Under the pieces are notes generated by a model that saw only the letters and a list, made by a program, of their open reading frames with translations, did not search any database and was not told where the DNA came from. Of a stretch of 64,000 nt of DNA, positions 41,342-52,719 are shown piece by piece (the first letter of the stretch is position 1; each line of letters starts with the position of its first letter). Origin of the DNA: an uncultured Methanosarcinaceae archaeon (GTDB lineage: Archaea > Halobacteriota > Methanosarcinia > Methanosarcinales > Methanosarcinaceae); contig CAVSHT010000005.1 in NCBI GenBank assembly GCA_963727895.1, forward strand, positions 256,001 to 320,000. The letters are read 5' to 3'. The translations under genes and the position numbers were made by a program.

Positions 41342-42451
41342 TTAAATTTCAATAAGTTCATACTCACGACTTCCAAAGCCTATTTCTTCTCCGTATTTGA
41401 GCTGGTGGGTTCCATCGATCATTGGCCATGCCCCTCTGAATTTATCTGCTCCAGCTTCGTGATTGCATTGAAGAGAGGAGTTAATAAGCCCCTTTTGCTT
41501 ATTTACAAGATCATAGCTTGCCTGATCAAGAGCGATAGGGTCTTTTGAAGCTAAAATTCCGATATCCGGAACAATAGGAGCATCACTCCAGGGTACACAG
41601 TCACAATCAGGCGTGATTTTAACCAGGAAATTTATATAACCAACTTTTCCTTCTTTTCCTTTTACTGCCCCATATGCATATTCAGTAAGACATTCAAGGA
41701 AGTTCGGAATATCGTGTTCCCAATCTATAGTTATAGCACCTGCTGGGCAAACTTCCATACACTGCCCACAGCTTATGCAAATATTGGGCTCAATCATTGA
41801 AACTTCTCCGAGAAGTGAAGAAGCTCCTACAGGACAGATTTTAACGCATTTCTGGCAGCCTATGCACTTCTCCTCAATGACATGCGGGCTTGTACTGAAA
41901 TGCTGATCTTTCTTTCCAGCTGCAGGAGCACAGCCCATAGCGAGATTTTTGATAGCTCCTCCAAAACCTGCTACTATGTGCCCTTTGAAATGGGACATCA
42001 CAATCATAGAGTCAGCAGCAGCAATGTCAGACCCGATTTTTACGGACTTGAAGTGCTTCTGCCCAATGTCTACATCCGCAGCGTTCTGGCTCTTTAAACC
42101 GTCCGATATGATTAACGGTGCTCTGACTACAGAATAATCAAAACCGTGTTCTATTGCCGTTGTGAGGTGGTCAACTGCATTATGCCTGCTGCCTGAGTAA
42201 AGAGTATTAGTGTCCGTAACAAACGGTTTTGCTCCTGCTGCCCTAATCTTTTCTACAACCTGCCGCACAAAAACTGGATTTATATATCCGTCATTCCCGT
42301 ACTCTCCAAAATGGATCTTAATTGCAGTCAGATCGCCTTCTCCAAAGAGTTCAGCAAAACCTGCTTTGTCAAAAAGCTTCTGAATCTTGCTGATTGTGTT
42401 TTCCTCTGGATTTCTTGCTCTTAGATTTGCAAAATAAACTTCGCTTGCCAT
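41342..42451 (-). CDS. DUF362 iron-sulfur protein with 2x[4Fe-4S] ferredoxin insert
   Basis: KIHFGE, SHFKGH, GGAIKNLAMGC, two CxxCxxCxxxCP, PDCDC. Confidence 0.92.
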   Translation of the reverse strand: MASEVYFANLRARNPEENTISKIQKLFDKAGFAELFGEGDLTAIKIHFGEYGNDGYINPVFVRQVVEKIRAAGAKPFVTDTNTLYSGSRHNAVDHLTTAIEHGFDYSVVRAPLIISDGLKSQNAADVDIGQKHFKSVKIGSDIAAADSMIVMSHFKGHIVAGFGGAIKNLAMGCAPAAGKKDQHFSTSPHVIEEKCIGCQKCVKICPVGASSLLGEVSMIEPNICISCGQCMEVCPAGAITIDWEHDIPNFLECLTEYAYGAVKGKEGKVGYINFLVKITPDCDCVPWSDAPIVPDIGILASKDPIALDQASYDLVNKQKGLINSSLQCNHEAGADKFRGAWPMIDGTHQLKYGEEIGFGSREYELIEI

Positions 42452-42712
42452 ATAAGTGCCTCCTAAGTCTGGATAGTGTTTTATCCACGAAAACTATGGA
42501 GTTAAAAAAGTGTTATTCATTTTTAGGCATTGCGCTATTTGAAGAGAACGAAAAAAGTCAGGTAGATATTGTTATTTTATTTTTTGAAATGAAACGCATT
42601 TTTATGATATTTACTTATATATTTTCAGGTTCTAAGATTATACCATGAATTTTACTTCCAAAAAGTATAATTTCCCAAAATGTATTAATCTCTACTTTTA
42701 AATGGTAAAAAG

Positions 42713-45569
42713 GTGGTTATTCTGGATTATTTTCCCCTCGATCTACAAATCTCAAAAATGCCTGAAAGTACTCCCAATCATTACCATGCTGCAATTCTGG
42801 AAAATGGAGAAATTACAGCAACCCATGATTTTGAACTGAGTAGAGACTTGAAGCTTCTTCAGATGCTCAGGCAGATTGAGGAAAAGGTCACAACTCTCAA
42901 ATCCCAGTATGAAGAAACAATCCACACTGAATTTGGGGAAATGCTTTACCATACTGTATTTTCAGAAGAACTTGGAGAGTATTTCAATAAACGTTTCATT
43001 GAAGCTCAGGACAACAATCATGGATTCAGAATTTCCCTTCGGTTTGCTGATAATGTACCAGAAATTGCAGCTTTGCCATGGGAGTATCTGCATAATGGAG
43101 AAGACTTTTTAGTTTGTAGAAGAAACATTTTGCTCTCAAGACTCCCTCCTGAAGCAAAGAAAACAGAGACTCAACCCCTTAATTCTGTTCTCCGAATGCT
43201 CGTAATTATTTCAGGTCCCGATGATCCCAGAGTTTCACCCTTGAATACGGAAAAAGAGCAGGAAATTATTCTAGAAGCCGTGGACAAGCTTCAGAGAAAA
43301 CAGAAGATAAAGGTTGATTTTACAGAAGATGCAACTTTTGAAAATGTTCAGGGTTACCTGAACGAACAGCAATACCACATTGTACATTTTACCGGACATG
43401 GAATAAGCATAAACGGCAAAGGACATCTTGTATTTGAAACCGAAGACAGGAAAGTCAGGCTCATAGACAATAAAACTCTTGCAGACCTTTTTTCAGACAT
43501 GGGCATAAGGCTTGTCGTGCTTAGCTCCTGCGAGTCAGCTAAAGGCTCGGACAAAGAAGCTTTCGGAGATCTTGCCATGCTTTCTAAAAGGAGAATCCCT
43601 GCTGTAGTGGCAATGCAGTATTCGGTACTTGATGACGTGGCAATTAAGTTTGCTTATACTTTTTACAGCACAATTGCAAGCGGAAAACCTGTTGACCTCG
43701 CTCTTAAAGAAGCAAGGATCATGATGAAATACTCGGAAAAAAGCAACGGTCTGGACTTTGCAACCCCAGTGTTGTACCTATCGGATTGCAACTGCGTCCG
43801 GATAGGAGATATAATACCAGAAACTGCGGAATTCGTAAACAAACCCATGATGCTGCCGGATTTGCAGATAATGAAAAAGGGATTCGTCGCCAGGAGACAA
43901 GAGCTTCGACTTCTGGAAAAAGGCTTCAAATCCGATATAAAGAGAGCTGCTATAATTCATGGTTTTGGAGGCATGGGGAAAACAGTCCTTGCAACTCGAC
44001 TTGCGCTAAAGATGAATGAATATTTTGACGGAATTTTAGGGATGAAGTGCACTTCAACCACTCGCCCGGAAGATATCCCGAACAAAATTAACAACTTCCT
44101 GATGATGAAAGGGATTTTCAACTTAAACCAGATCCTCAACCAGCCCGCACTCCTTGAAATTAAAACCTCCTATCTGGTGAACATATTAAACCAGCTACGT
44201 TTCCTGATAATTCTAGATAATTTTGAAGATTGCCTGAACGAAGACCGGGAAGATATTGAAAATCCAGAACTCAAAGCATTTATTCAACAACTTCTGAATG
44301 ACACTTACACAGGCACAAAGTTCATTATAACAATCCGTTATGATTTTGACCCACTGGAAGGTCGGCTCTCGGAAGGTATAGAGCACATTTCCCTTCCCGA
44401 ACTGCATTTCCCGCAGACCAACTGGCTGATGAATAACTACAAAGAACTTGCAGATCTTGAAATTCCGAAAAAACGGCAGATATACGATTTTATAGGGGGG
44501 CATCCATGGACAGTTGGACAATTTGCTAAACTTGCTTCAGTTCAGGGCGTTGACAGTTTGATGCTTGACTTAAAACCCCTGAAAAAAGAACTTATCGAGT
44601 TTACCCTGCTGGACAAATCTTTTTCAAAAATGGATGCTGACGCTAAAAAACTTCTTATCTGCGCCTCAATTTACGAAGAAGCTATTTCTATAGAAGCACT
44701 ATCATGGATTGTGGGAGACGATGAAGAAGCAAGCCCTTCAATCTTAGAACCTCTTCAAAAGCTCATCCAGTGGGGTCTGATCTCAAAAGAGCAGGAATAT
44801 GATGAAACAGTTTACAACGAACACACAATAGTAAGGGATTTCGCACATGAAAAACTTGAAGAAGAAGGATTTGACAAAAAGAAACTCCTTCTCAGAGCTG
44901 CAAGATACTATGAGAATTTAGTTCCCCAAACCAAAAGTATCTGGGATTATCTAAAAGCACGCGACTATTACTTCCAGGCAGAAGATTGGGAAAGTGCAAA
45001 TGAAGTTGTAGAAAATACTTCAGACCTCCTGATCCGCTGGGGACACATTGAACTTGCAATGAATCTTTCAAATGAATCAATCAACACGACATCAGGTGCT
45101 ACAAAATTAAATTGTGAGGGTACTATGGCGAATATTTTCTATAATCTCGGAGACTTAAACACATCATTAAATATATATAATAACATCAAATATAAATATG
45201 AGGAAATGGGGGATATAGGGGGGTTGCAATAACACTGCACCAGATAGGAAATGTTCATTAACCAGATAGGAAATGTTCAAAATGTTCATTAACCAGATAG
45301 GAAATGTTCATTATCTTCAGGGCAACTACGAAGAAGCAGTGAACTTATACAATCAGTCACTGAAAATTGAAGAAGAGCTGGGAAACAAAAGCGAAACTGC
45401 ACAAACATTGCACCAGATTGGAAGAATGGATGAAGAAAATGAAGAATATGCTTTATTACTTAGTTGCTTTTTCAATCTTTGAAGGAATAAATTCACCAAA
45501 TAGAAAGATAGCTGAGAGTTCAATTAATCGATTAAGAGAAAAGCTTGGTGAAGAAGAATTTGAAAATTT
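42713..45569 (+). pseudogene. CHAT (caspase-like) + STAND/NB-ARC-like NTPase + TPR protein; TPR region frameshifted and cut by IS1
   Basis: LPWEYL, HFTGHG, LSSCES, AVVAMQ; GFGGMGKT, LIILDNFE, GGHPW; TPR fragments HQIGNVHYLQGNYEEA in other frames. Confidence 0.9.
45239..45313. repeat. 22-bp triplication with nested 9-bp duplication in a TPR unit
   Basis: ACCAGATAGGAAATGTTCATTA x3, middle unit with extra AAATGTTCA. Confidence 0.9.
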
Positions 45570-46324
45570 GGCATTGATACTTAAACATAGTTATATACTA
45601 TTAGAAAGTATATTTCTTAGAAAGTATATTTCTTCATTAACTGCCCCAGATGCAATAGTTCTAATCACAAAAAGAACGGTATAGTTGGCGGGCGTCAACG
45701 CTATAAATGCCATGATTGTGGATATAACTATACAGTAGAGCTAAAATCAACTGCTTTTTCCGCTTCTGTAAAAAGACAGGCTTTACAACTTTACTTTGAA
45801 GGATTGGGCTTTCGCTCAATAGGACGATTTTTAGGGGTGAGTCATGTTTCTGTCCAAAGATGGATCAAGAAATTTGGTCAGGAGTTAGAGGACCTAAAAA
45901 GTGAAAATGAGATATCTATTGTTAAAATGGATGAGATGCACACTTACATCGGTAACAAAAAAAATATTGCTGGATCTGGATTGCTATTGATAGAGTTGGG
46001 AAAAAGTTCATCAACTGCTCTTTTGGTGGTAGAGGAACGGAAACTGGAAAACTACTCTGGGAAAAATTGAAGAAAAAAGAGATTGGAGAAGTGATGACAG
46101 ATCACTGGAGAGCATATGCAGAGTTTATTCCAGAAAAGATCCATACTCAATCAAAAGCAGAAACATTTACAGTTGAGGGATATAACAGCATATTGAGGCA
46201 TTTTCTAGCAAGATTGAGAAGAAAGACAAAGTGTTATAAAAAAGTCTTGAAATGCTAAAGTACTCGGTTATTCTATTGATGAAATACAGAAATAAAGAAC
46301 TAGATATATTTAAGTAACAATACC
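45570..46324 (+). mobile_element. IS1-family element, copy 7 (ATG->ATT, 16-bp duplication, no TSD)
   Basis: TIRs GGCATTGATAC / GTAACAATACC; (TTAGAAAGTATATTTC)x2 at 45601-45632. Confidence 0.95.
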
Positions 46325-46334
46325 AAATCTATTA

Positions 46335-46524
46335 CATTGGTCATCGGTTAAGGAATTTTCTTGCCTGAAAGCTATCGATTTTGCACTAGAAACCTGTCTT
46401 AAATCTTGGTTTATCTACATGAAATCGATATCCCGTTCCAGCTCATAATCTATTAACATATTTAACAAATGTTAAAGAAATTGACGCAATTTGTCACGAT
46501 TCCTCGCTTAACCGAAGACGCATG
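46335..46524. mobile_element. 190-bp MITE with 18-bp imperfect TIRs flanked by TA, inserted in IS1182 transposase
   Basis: CATTGGTCATCGGTTAAG ... CTTAACCGAAGACGCATG (15/18 match). Confidence 0.75.
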
Positions 46525-46984
46525 TAAAGGAATTGAATGTAAAAAATGTGGATTCAGCAAAAATTGTACAAAAAGAATAGATGGTATCAGGCATTTAAAA
46601 ATAGCTGAATTTTCAAAAGAAAGAAAGCAATTAGCCGATAAAATGGAAACAGAAGAAGCTAAAAGAATATATGGGCAAAGAAAGCAGGTAGTAGAACCTG
46701 CAATTGGAAATTATAAAGAGAATTTAAGGTTTAGAGAATTTTTAACAAGAGGATTGAAATCAATCAGAAACGAATTTAATTTAGTGTGTACTGCAGCTAA
46801 CTTAAGGAAATATGGATTTATTCAAACAAAAACGAGATCAATGGAACGAAAAATATAAATAAAGGGAACTTTTCCCGTTAAGAATTGAACAATAGAAATA
46901 GAAAACGATTTCATAAAGAAAAAAGTTCCCATCTAACAGCAGACAATTTTATTTCATTACTGATAGTAATTGTCGGACAGCCTG
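46525..46984 (+). mobile_element. IS1182-family transposase 3' remnant plus right TIR
   Basis: C..C....CT, YGQRKQVVEPAIGNYK, FLTRGLKS..EFNLVCTAANLRK; TAATTGTCGGACAGCCTG at 46967-46984. Confidence 0.85.
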
Positions 46985-47027
46985 TAAAGTAAGGGGTATT
47001 TGTGACCCTCTGCACTCCCATTGTAAT
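46985..47027 (-). repeat. Left half of the IS200/IS605-end-like hairpin element, copy C
   Basis: Reverse complement ATTACAATGGGAGTGCAGAGGGTCACAAATACCCCTTAC-TTTA abuts the IS1182 TIR. Confidence 0.8.
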
Positions 47028-47122
47028 CAAAATTAAACTGTTGGTGTATAACATAAACAAAAAAGTTATAGAAAGAATTTGCATTAAATTAACTATTTCT
47101 ACAGAGCCCTTTCAAGTAAGAT

Positions 47123-48295
47123 TTATATAAGATAAGACTTGAGAGGCGGGAAGCCATTAAAACAGATAGAACTGTAACTTTGGGTATAGGCACCTGTAGT
47201 AAAGATATATATGCGGTTTCCCTCTCGCATTGTGTGAGGAAAAGAGTACTTGTGGTGTTCATATAGAATATCCATGCTGTCGCATGTGGGTCCTGCAAGG
47301 ATAACTTCTTCGGCACAACCTTTTTTATCACAGAAAATGGGATATTTAATGCACTCATCAAGGGTTTCTATAAGACCTCCAAATTTTCCAATATCAAGAT
47401 ATACCCATTTGTACTGGTTAAACCTGGCTTTTTTGGAGATCATCACAACTTCACTTACGATTATACCTGCATCAGCTACCAGAGATCTTCCAGGTTCTAT
47501 AATGATTTCAGGTAGCTCCTCTCCGAAGTCCTCATGTAAAAAGCGCCGTATTTCTCCGGCATAAGTCTCAAGATCATGAGCCTGCGCCTGGTATTTTGCA
47601 GGAAAACCACCACCAAGATTAATCATTTTCAGATTTATGCCTTTTTCAGCTACTGCTTCAAAAAGATATTTACATTTGGAAATAGCATTATCCCACTGAC
47701 CAATGTCCCTTTGTTGGGATCCAACGTGAAAAGAAAGCCCATAAGGCTCAAGTCCCAATTTTTCAGCTTTCAGAATGAGTTTAAATATTAAATCAGGATG
47801 AGAACCGAATTTCTTTGAAAGTGGCCAGTCGGCGCCGTCGCTTTCAGTAAGGACACGGAAAAACACTCTTGAGCCCGGGGCTCTTCTTGCTAATTTTTTC
47901 AGATCACTATCAGAATCAGTAACGTAAAGTCTCACTCCTTTTTCATATGCATATTGTATATCTTTCTCTTTTTTGATAGTGTTACCGTAACTGATCCTTT
48001 CGGGTTCTACCCCAAGCCTGAGAAGCTGATCAAGTTCATATACTGTTGCCACATCAAAATTTGAGCCTTTATTTTTCAGGGTAAGTACTACTTCGTCCAT
48101 AGGATTAGCCTTTACAGCATAGTGAATTTTTGCAAAGGGCATATTCTCCACTAGCTCTTCATAGCTTTGCTCTATTTTCTGGAGGTCGATGATCAAAAAT
48201 GGGGTTTCTTTATCCCGAGAAAACTTTTTAATTCTATTAAACTCATCTCTTGAAACAAAATCCTCCAGTGGAAACACATAATGCTCTTTTCTCAT
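47123..48295 (-). CDS. Fold-type III PLP decarboxylase (ornithine decarboxylase-like)
   Basis: YAVKAN, FHVGSQ, NLGGGF, EPGR, GPTCDSMD, GAYT. Confidence 0.93.
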   Translation of the reverse strand: MRKEHYVFPLEDFVSRDEFNRIKKFSRDKETPFLIIDLQKIEQSYEELVENMPFAKIHYAVKANPMDEVVLTLKNKGSNFDVATVYELDQLLRLGVEPERISYGNTIKKEKDIQYAYEKGVRLYVTDSDSDLKKLARRAPGSRVFFRVLTESDGADWPLSKKFGSHPDLIFKLILKAEKLGLEPYGLSFHVGSQQRDIGQWDNAISKCKYLFEAVAEKGINLKMINLGGGFPAKYQAQAHDLETYAGEIRRFLHEDFGEELPEIIIEPGRSLVADAGIIVSEVVMISKKARFNQYKWVYLDIGKFGGLIETLDECIKYPIFCDKKGCAEEVILAGPTCDSMDILYEHHKYSFPHTMREGNRIYIFTTGAYTQSYSSICFNGFPPLKSYLI

Positions 48296-48812
48296 GATGA
48301 CTCCCTTCTAAAATCACAACTAATGACTTATTATCTATAAACGTACTATTTAATAATTTTTAATATGAATCATATTTGTAATGATTATTATGATTTAAAT
48401 CAATTATTTTGGAAATAAGCGAATGAAAGCGAGTTAAATAGGATTTTGTATATATAAAACTAATTATTGGTGAATATCAAGACACAAAACTAACTGAAAT
48501 CAATAAATATTTAACATAAATAGTCATATTATAAAAATAAACATAATTAACCTTCTTTTTTTCATTAAAGACCTCAAAAACCCATTTATCTGAATAGAAG
48601 AATCAAGAAAACATATATAATCTCAAAAGACGAATAAAAAATTTTTACCATTATAAAAATATATTAAGGGTTTTAAATTAAACAAAAACAGAATTAAAAA
48701 TGAAAAGGTTCTAAAATCCATTCACATATATATTTCTGAAAAATAAGCTGCTTTAAGCCATTTTTCGTATAATTCCAGACCTGTAGTCTCGAAAATAATT
48801 TTAAGGTATAAT

Positions 48813-50093
48813 TCAGAGACTTTTTGCTCTGGTTCTGAATAATACGATGAGTATCCCAATTCCGGTAAGCACAAAACCATAAGTTATGACCTCCAGACTC
48901 AGGTGAGAAAAAAGAACCGCGGTAGAAATAATGCTAAGAAAAGGAAGTAAAGGAAAACGACCAATATTTAGAGGAACTTTAAAAGGACGAATTTTTTCAG
49001 GATCAACATAACGGAGCTTTATCAGAGAAAGGTTGATCATAAAAAAAACAATAAAAATCATAAAATTAGCAATGTTTGCTACAATTTCAATATATTTTAG
49101 CAGCATAAACAGAGTAGAAAGACAAGCAACCCCTAAAATTGCGACCCAGGGAGTACGATAATGTGGATGTAGTCGAGATAGACTTTTTGGAAGTGATCCT
49201 GAGCATGCCATACCATAAACAATCCTTGACCCTCCAAGCATAACTACCAGTACGGTGTTCATCGTAGAAAAAAGAGCAATCCAGGACATGAGGACAAAAG
49301 CCTTATTTCCCAAAGAAACAGCTGCGACATCTGCAAGTGGAGCTCCTGAAAGTCCAAGAACCCGAAAATCAAGTACACTTACAGAAGTTATTGCCACGCA
49401 TATGTACAGGAAAACAGTAAAAAAAATAGCGGTAAATAGGGCTTTTGGAATTGTTTTTTCGGCTTCTTTTGTTTCCTGGGATAATCGCACAATATCTTCA
49501 AAACCGAGAAATGCAAAAAAAATCAGAGTAGAAGCCTCAAGTATTCCTCTCATACTTGGAGTTTCAAGATAATTTACCTTTCCAATGTAAGGGAGACCTA
49601 TGTAAATGACAATCAAAAGTCCAAATATTTCTATAAAGCTTATCAAAATAGCTAGCCATGCAGATTCCTTGATTCCATGAATCATGATAAGACTGAGAAC
49701 AATAAACAGGCCTATTATCGTTGTTAAACCTTTAACTCCGAACAGGTTACTGAAATACCTCTCAAATCCTAAAGCAACCGCTGAACTCGTTATTACCACA
49801 TAATAGACAACAAGTAGCCCCACAAGAAAACCAGTACGTTCACCAAAAGCTTTTTTTACAAACTCGTACTCTGCGCCTGCTCTTGGATACATAGAAGCAA
49901 GTTCCATATAACTAAAGGCAGAAAGTGCAGCTGTAATTCCGGCAAACAAAAAAGAAAACCAGACCATATTTCCTGCGAGCCCTGCTGCTTTTCCCATTAG
50001 CACGTAAATTCCGGCCCCAAGAATATTGCCAATTCCTACCAGAGTAATCTCTAGTAAGCTCAGTTCTTTTTTTAGTTCAGGCTTCTCAATCAT
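48813..50093 (-). CDS. APC-family amino acid permease
   Basis: GNILGAGIY, ELASMYPRAG, FFAFLGFE, RPFKVP. Confidence 0.92.
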   Translation of the reverse strand: MIEKPELKKELSLLEITLVGIGNILGAGIYVLMGKAAGLAGNMVWFSFLFAGITAALSAFSYMELASMYPRAGAEYEFVKKAFGERTGFLVGLLVVYYVVITSSAVALGFERYFSNLFGVKGLTTIIGLFIVLSLIMIHGIKESAWLAILISFIEIFGLLIVIYIGLPYIGKVNYLETPSMRGILEASTLIFFAFLGFEDIVRLSQETKEAEKTIPKALFTAIFFTVFLYICVAITSVSVLDFRVLGLSGAPLADVAAVSLGNKAFVLMSWIALFSTMNTVLVVMLGGSRIVYGMACSGSLPKSLSRLHPHYRTPWVAILGVACLSTLFMLLKYIEIVANIANFMIFIVFFMINLSLIKLRYVDPEKIRPFKVPLNIGRFPLLPFLSIISTAVLFSHLSLEVITYGFVLTGIGILIVLFRTRAKSL

Positions 50094-50542
50094 AAAAAAA
50101 TCCCTTGAACAAGCTTGAAATTAATTACAAAATAATTAAACAACTGGACTTCAGGCCTATTAGAAGTATATTATGAAGGAAAATGAAAATTTTCAATTAA
50201 GCTCTCAGAATAACCCCATTTACAGAATGCTTTAATCCCCAATAAAATGCTTAGTTTCCTAACTACGTTTAACTCAATAAATTAGATACTACCGGGAATT
50301 TCTACAGAAATTATGTTTATAGTTGGAGTTTATGTTATTATTCTGCAGAAAATTATATTTCTAACTTTTCATAAAAAGAAAAATTTAGGAAAATAAACTA
50401 CATTTAAAAGTTATTCGCTATGTAATTCTTCAGATTGCTGCTAAAAAATACTAGTAACTTTTCAAGATACTAGCTCTATCAGCATTAAAAAAACCTACAA
50501 GCAGGCTTAAACAGTGTTTTTCAGGTTTGAATTTATAGATTT

Positions 50543-51730
50543 TTAGGTTGTGTTTTTCATTTTTTGAGCAAGATCTAGTCCAATTTCCTCAACCTTTTTC
50601 AAATCTTCTTCCCTGGGCTTACCCTTTACCTGAAGCGTCCCTACAATTTCCATCTTAGAAGGAACCAGCATTTCCCCTGCCTGTTTCAGAGCACCCCCGC
50701 CCCAACCAAATGACCCAAGTAGCACCCCATACTTTGCAGGAGGATTGAGGGCCTTTACAAGATAAGTCCCGTAGAGGGCAAGAGGATGCATGCCTGCAAG
50801 GATAGTAGGGGCTCCAATGATGACAGCACGGGAATCAACCAGTTCTCTTGCAATATCTCCTGTATCTGCAACTTCAAGGTCAAAGATTCTTACATCTACA
50901 CCTTCTTTCATTAAGGTCTCTGCAATTGTCCTTATCATCATTTTTGTAGAACCCCACATACTTACATAGACAATAAGAGCTTTATATTCAGTTTCCCCTG
51001 CAGTCCATTTCGCATAGGGTTCTAGTACACGCTGTGGGTTTTTGTAAATAGGACCATGACTTGGTGCAATGATTTCAATATTAAGATCTTTTATCTTCGC
51101 AAGAGCCTTTGCCCCCATTTTGGCAAAAGGCATCATGATTTCCCCATAATAACGTTTTGCAAGAGGAATGATGTCTTCCAGATCTTCATCATAAACACCC
51201 TGGGCTGTGTGAGCTCCAAAGAAATCACATGAGAACAGAACCCTCTCTTCTGGCAAGTATGTGAACATTGTCTCGGGCCAATGAAGCCAGGGAGCTTCAA
51301 TAAAAAGCAGAGTTTTTTCCCCCAGTTCCAAGACATCTCCATCGGCAACAACTTTAATCCTGGAGACTGGCAGATCATGGTAAAGACTTGCCATTTTTAC
51401 ACCTCTCTCCGTCGTAACAAGCACCGAGTTAGGAGCCCTGTCCATAATATACTGAATCGCATTCGAATGGTCAGGCTCTGCGTGATTCATAATAAGGTAG
51501 TCAAGTTTTTCCAGGTTTGAAACTAGGTTTATCTTTTCCTCAAACTCTTCTTCAAAACCAGGGTTAATGGTATCAATAAGAGCTGTTTTTTCGTTTCCTT
51601 TTACAAGATAAGAGTTGTAACTTGTCCCCTGAGTAAGCGGAACCAAAGCGTCAAACATTCTACGGCTCCAGTCTTTTGCTCCAACCCAAAACACATCTCT
51701 GGCAATTTCAGGAACATTGTAAAGATCCAT
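50543..51730 (-). CDS. fprA: Flavodiiron protein (A-type flavoprotein)
   Basis: GTSYNSYL, HAEPDH, HWPE, SCDFFG, PSHGP, YVSMWGST, GSFGWGGG. Confidence 0.93.
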   Translation of the reverse strand: MDLYNVPEIARDVFWVGAKDWSRRMFDALVPLTQGTSYNSYLVKGNEKTALIDTINPGFEEEFEEKINLVSNLEKLDYLIMNHAEPDHSNAIQYIMDRAPNSVLVTTERGVKMASLYHDLPVSRIKVVADGDVLELGEKTLLFIEAPWLHWPETMFTYLPEERVLFSCDFFGAHTAQGVYDEDLEDIIPLAKRYYGEIMMPFAKMGAKALAKIKDLNIEIIAPSHGPIYKNPQRVLEPYAKWTAGETEYKALIVYVSMWGSTKMMIRTIAETLMKEGVDVRIFDLEVADTGDIARELVDSRAVIIGAPTILAGMHPLALYGTYLVKALNPPAKYGVLLGSFGWGGGALKQAGEMLVPSKMEIVGTLQVKGKPREEDLKKVEEIGLDLAQKMKNTT

Positions 51731-51815
51731 ATTTTTCCTCCATTTTCCATAATATGTTTGGAAAGCATATCTACATTTTTGGCTGCTTCCATAAATTTAA
51801 TAACTATTTATTAAT

Positions 51816-51945
51816 GAGCCTATCCTAAAACTCAAAATTTGCTTATTAGGCATTCAATTTCATATATTCAACCAAGCTTTTGATTGTGAAAACAATTCCG
51901 AAAATTCCCAACAATTAAGAATAAAGTAGCTTTTGGGATAGGCTC
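51816..51945. mobile_element. 130-bp MITE, 15-bp TIR, TSD TAAT
   Basis: GAGCCTATCCTAAAA ... TTTTGGGATAGGCTC; sits at centre of TAACTATTTATTA / TAATAAATAGTTA palindrome. Confidence 0.85.
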
Positions 51946-51979
51946 TAATAAATAGTTATTAAATAAGATTAGATTTTTT

Positions 51980-52719
51980 GTCATTGATACTTAAACATAG
52001 TTATATACTATTAGAAAGTATATTTCTTCATGAACTGCCCCAGATGCAATAGTTCTAATCACAAAAAGAACTGTATAGTTGGTGGTCGTCAACGCTACAA
52101 ATGTCATGATTGTGGCTATAACTATACAGTAGAGCTAAAATCAACTGCTTTTTCCGCTTCTGTAAAAAGACAGGCTTTACAACTCTATCTTGAAGGATTG
52201 GGCTTTCGTTCAATAGGAAGAGTTTTAGGGGTAAGTCACGTTTCTGTCCAAAAATGGATCAAGAAATTTGGTCAGGAGTGAGAGAACCTAAAAAGTGAAA
52301 GTGAGATATCTATTGTTAAAATGGATGAGATGCACACTTACATCGGTAACAAAAAAAATATTGCTGGATCTGGATTGCTGTTGATAGAGTTGGGAAAAAG
52401 TTCATCAACTGCTCTTTTGATAGCAGAGGAACGGAAACTGGAAAACTACTCTGGGAAAAATTGAAGAAAAAAGAGATTGGAGAAGTGATGACCGATCACT
52501 GGAGGGCATATGCAGAGGTTCTTCCAGAAAAGAGTCATACTCAATCAAAAGCAGAAACATTTACAGTTGAGGGATATAACAGCATATTGAGGCATTTCCT
52601 GGCAAGATTGAGAAGAAAGACAAAGTGTTATAAAAAAAGTCTTGAAATGCTAAAGTACTCGGTTATTCTATTGATGAAATACAGAAATAAAGAACTAGAT
52701 ATAGTTAAGTAACAATGCC
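51980..52719 (+). mobile_element. IS1-family element, copy 8 (TGA in insA at 52279)
   Basis: TIRs; TSD GATTTTTT / GATTTTTC (7/8). Confidence 0.95.

Noticed and set aside
46469..46524. N-terminus of the 129-aa transposase ORF
   Set aside because: These codons come from the inserted 190-bp MITE, not the transposase.
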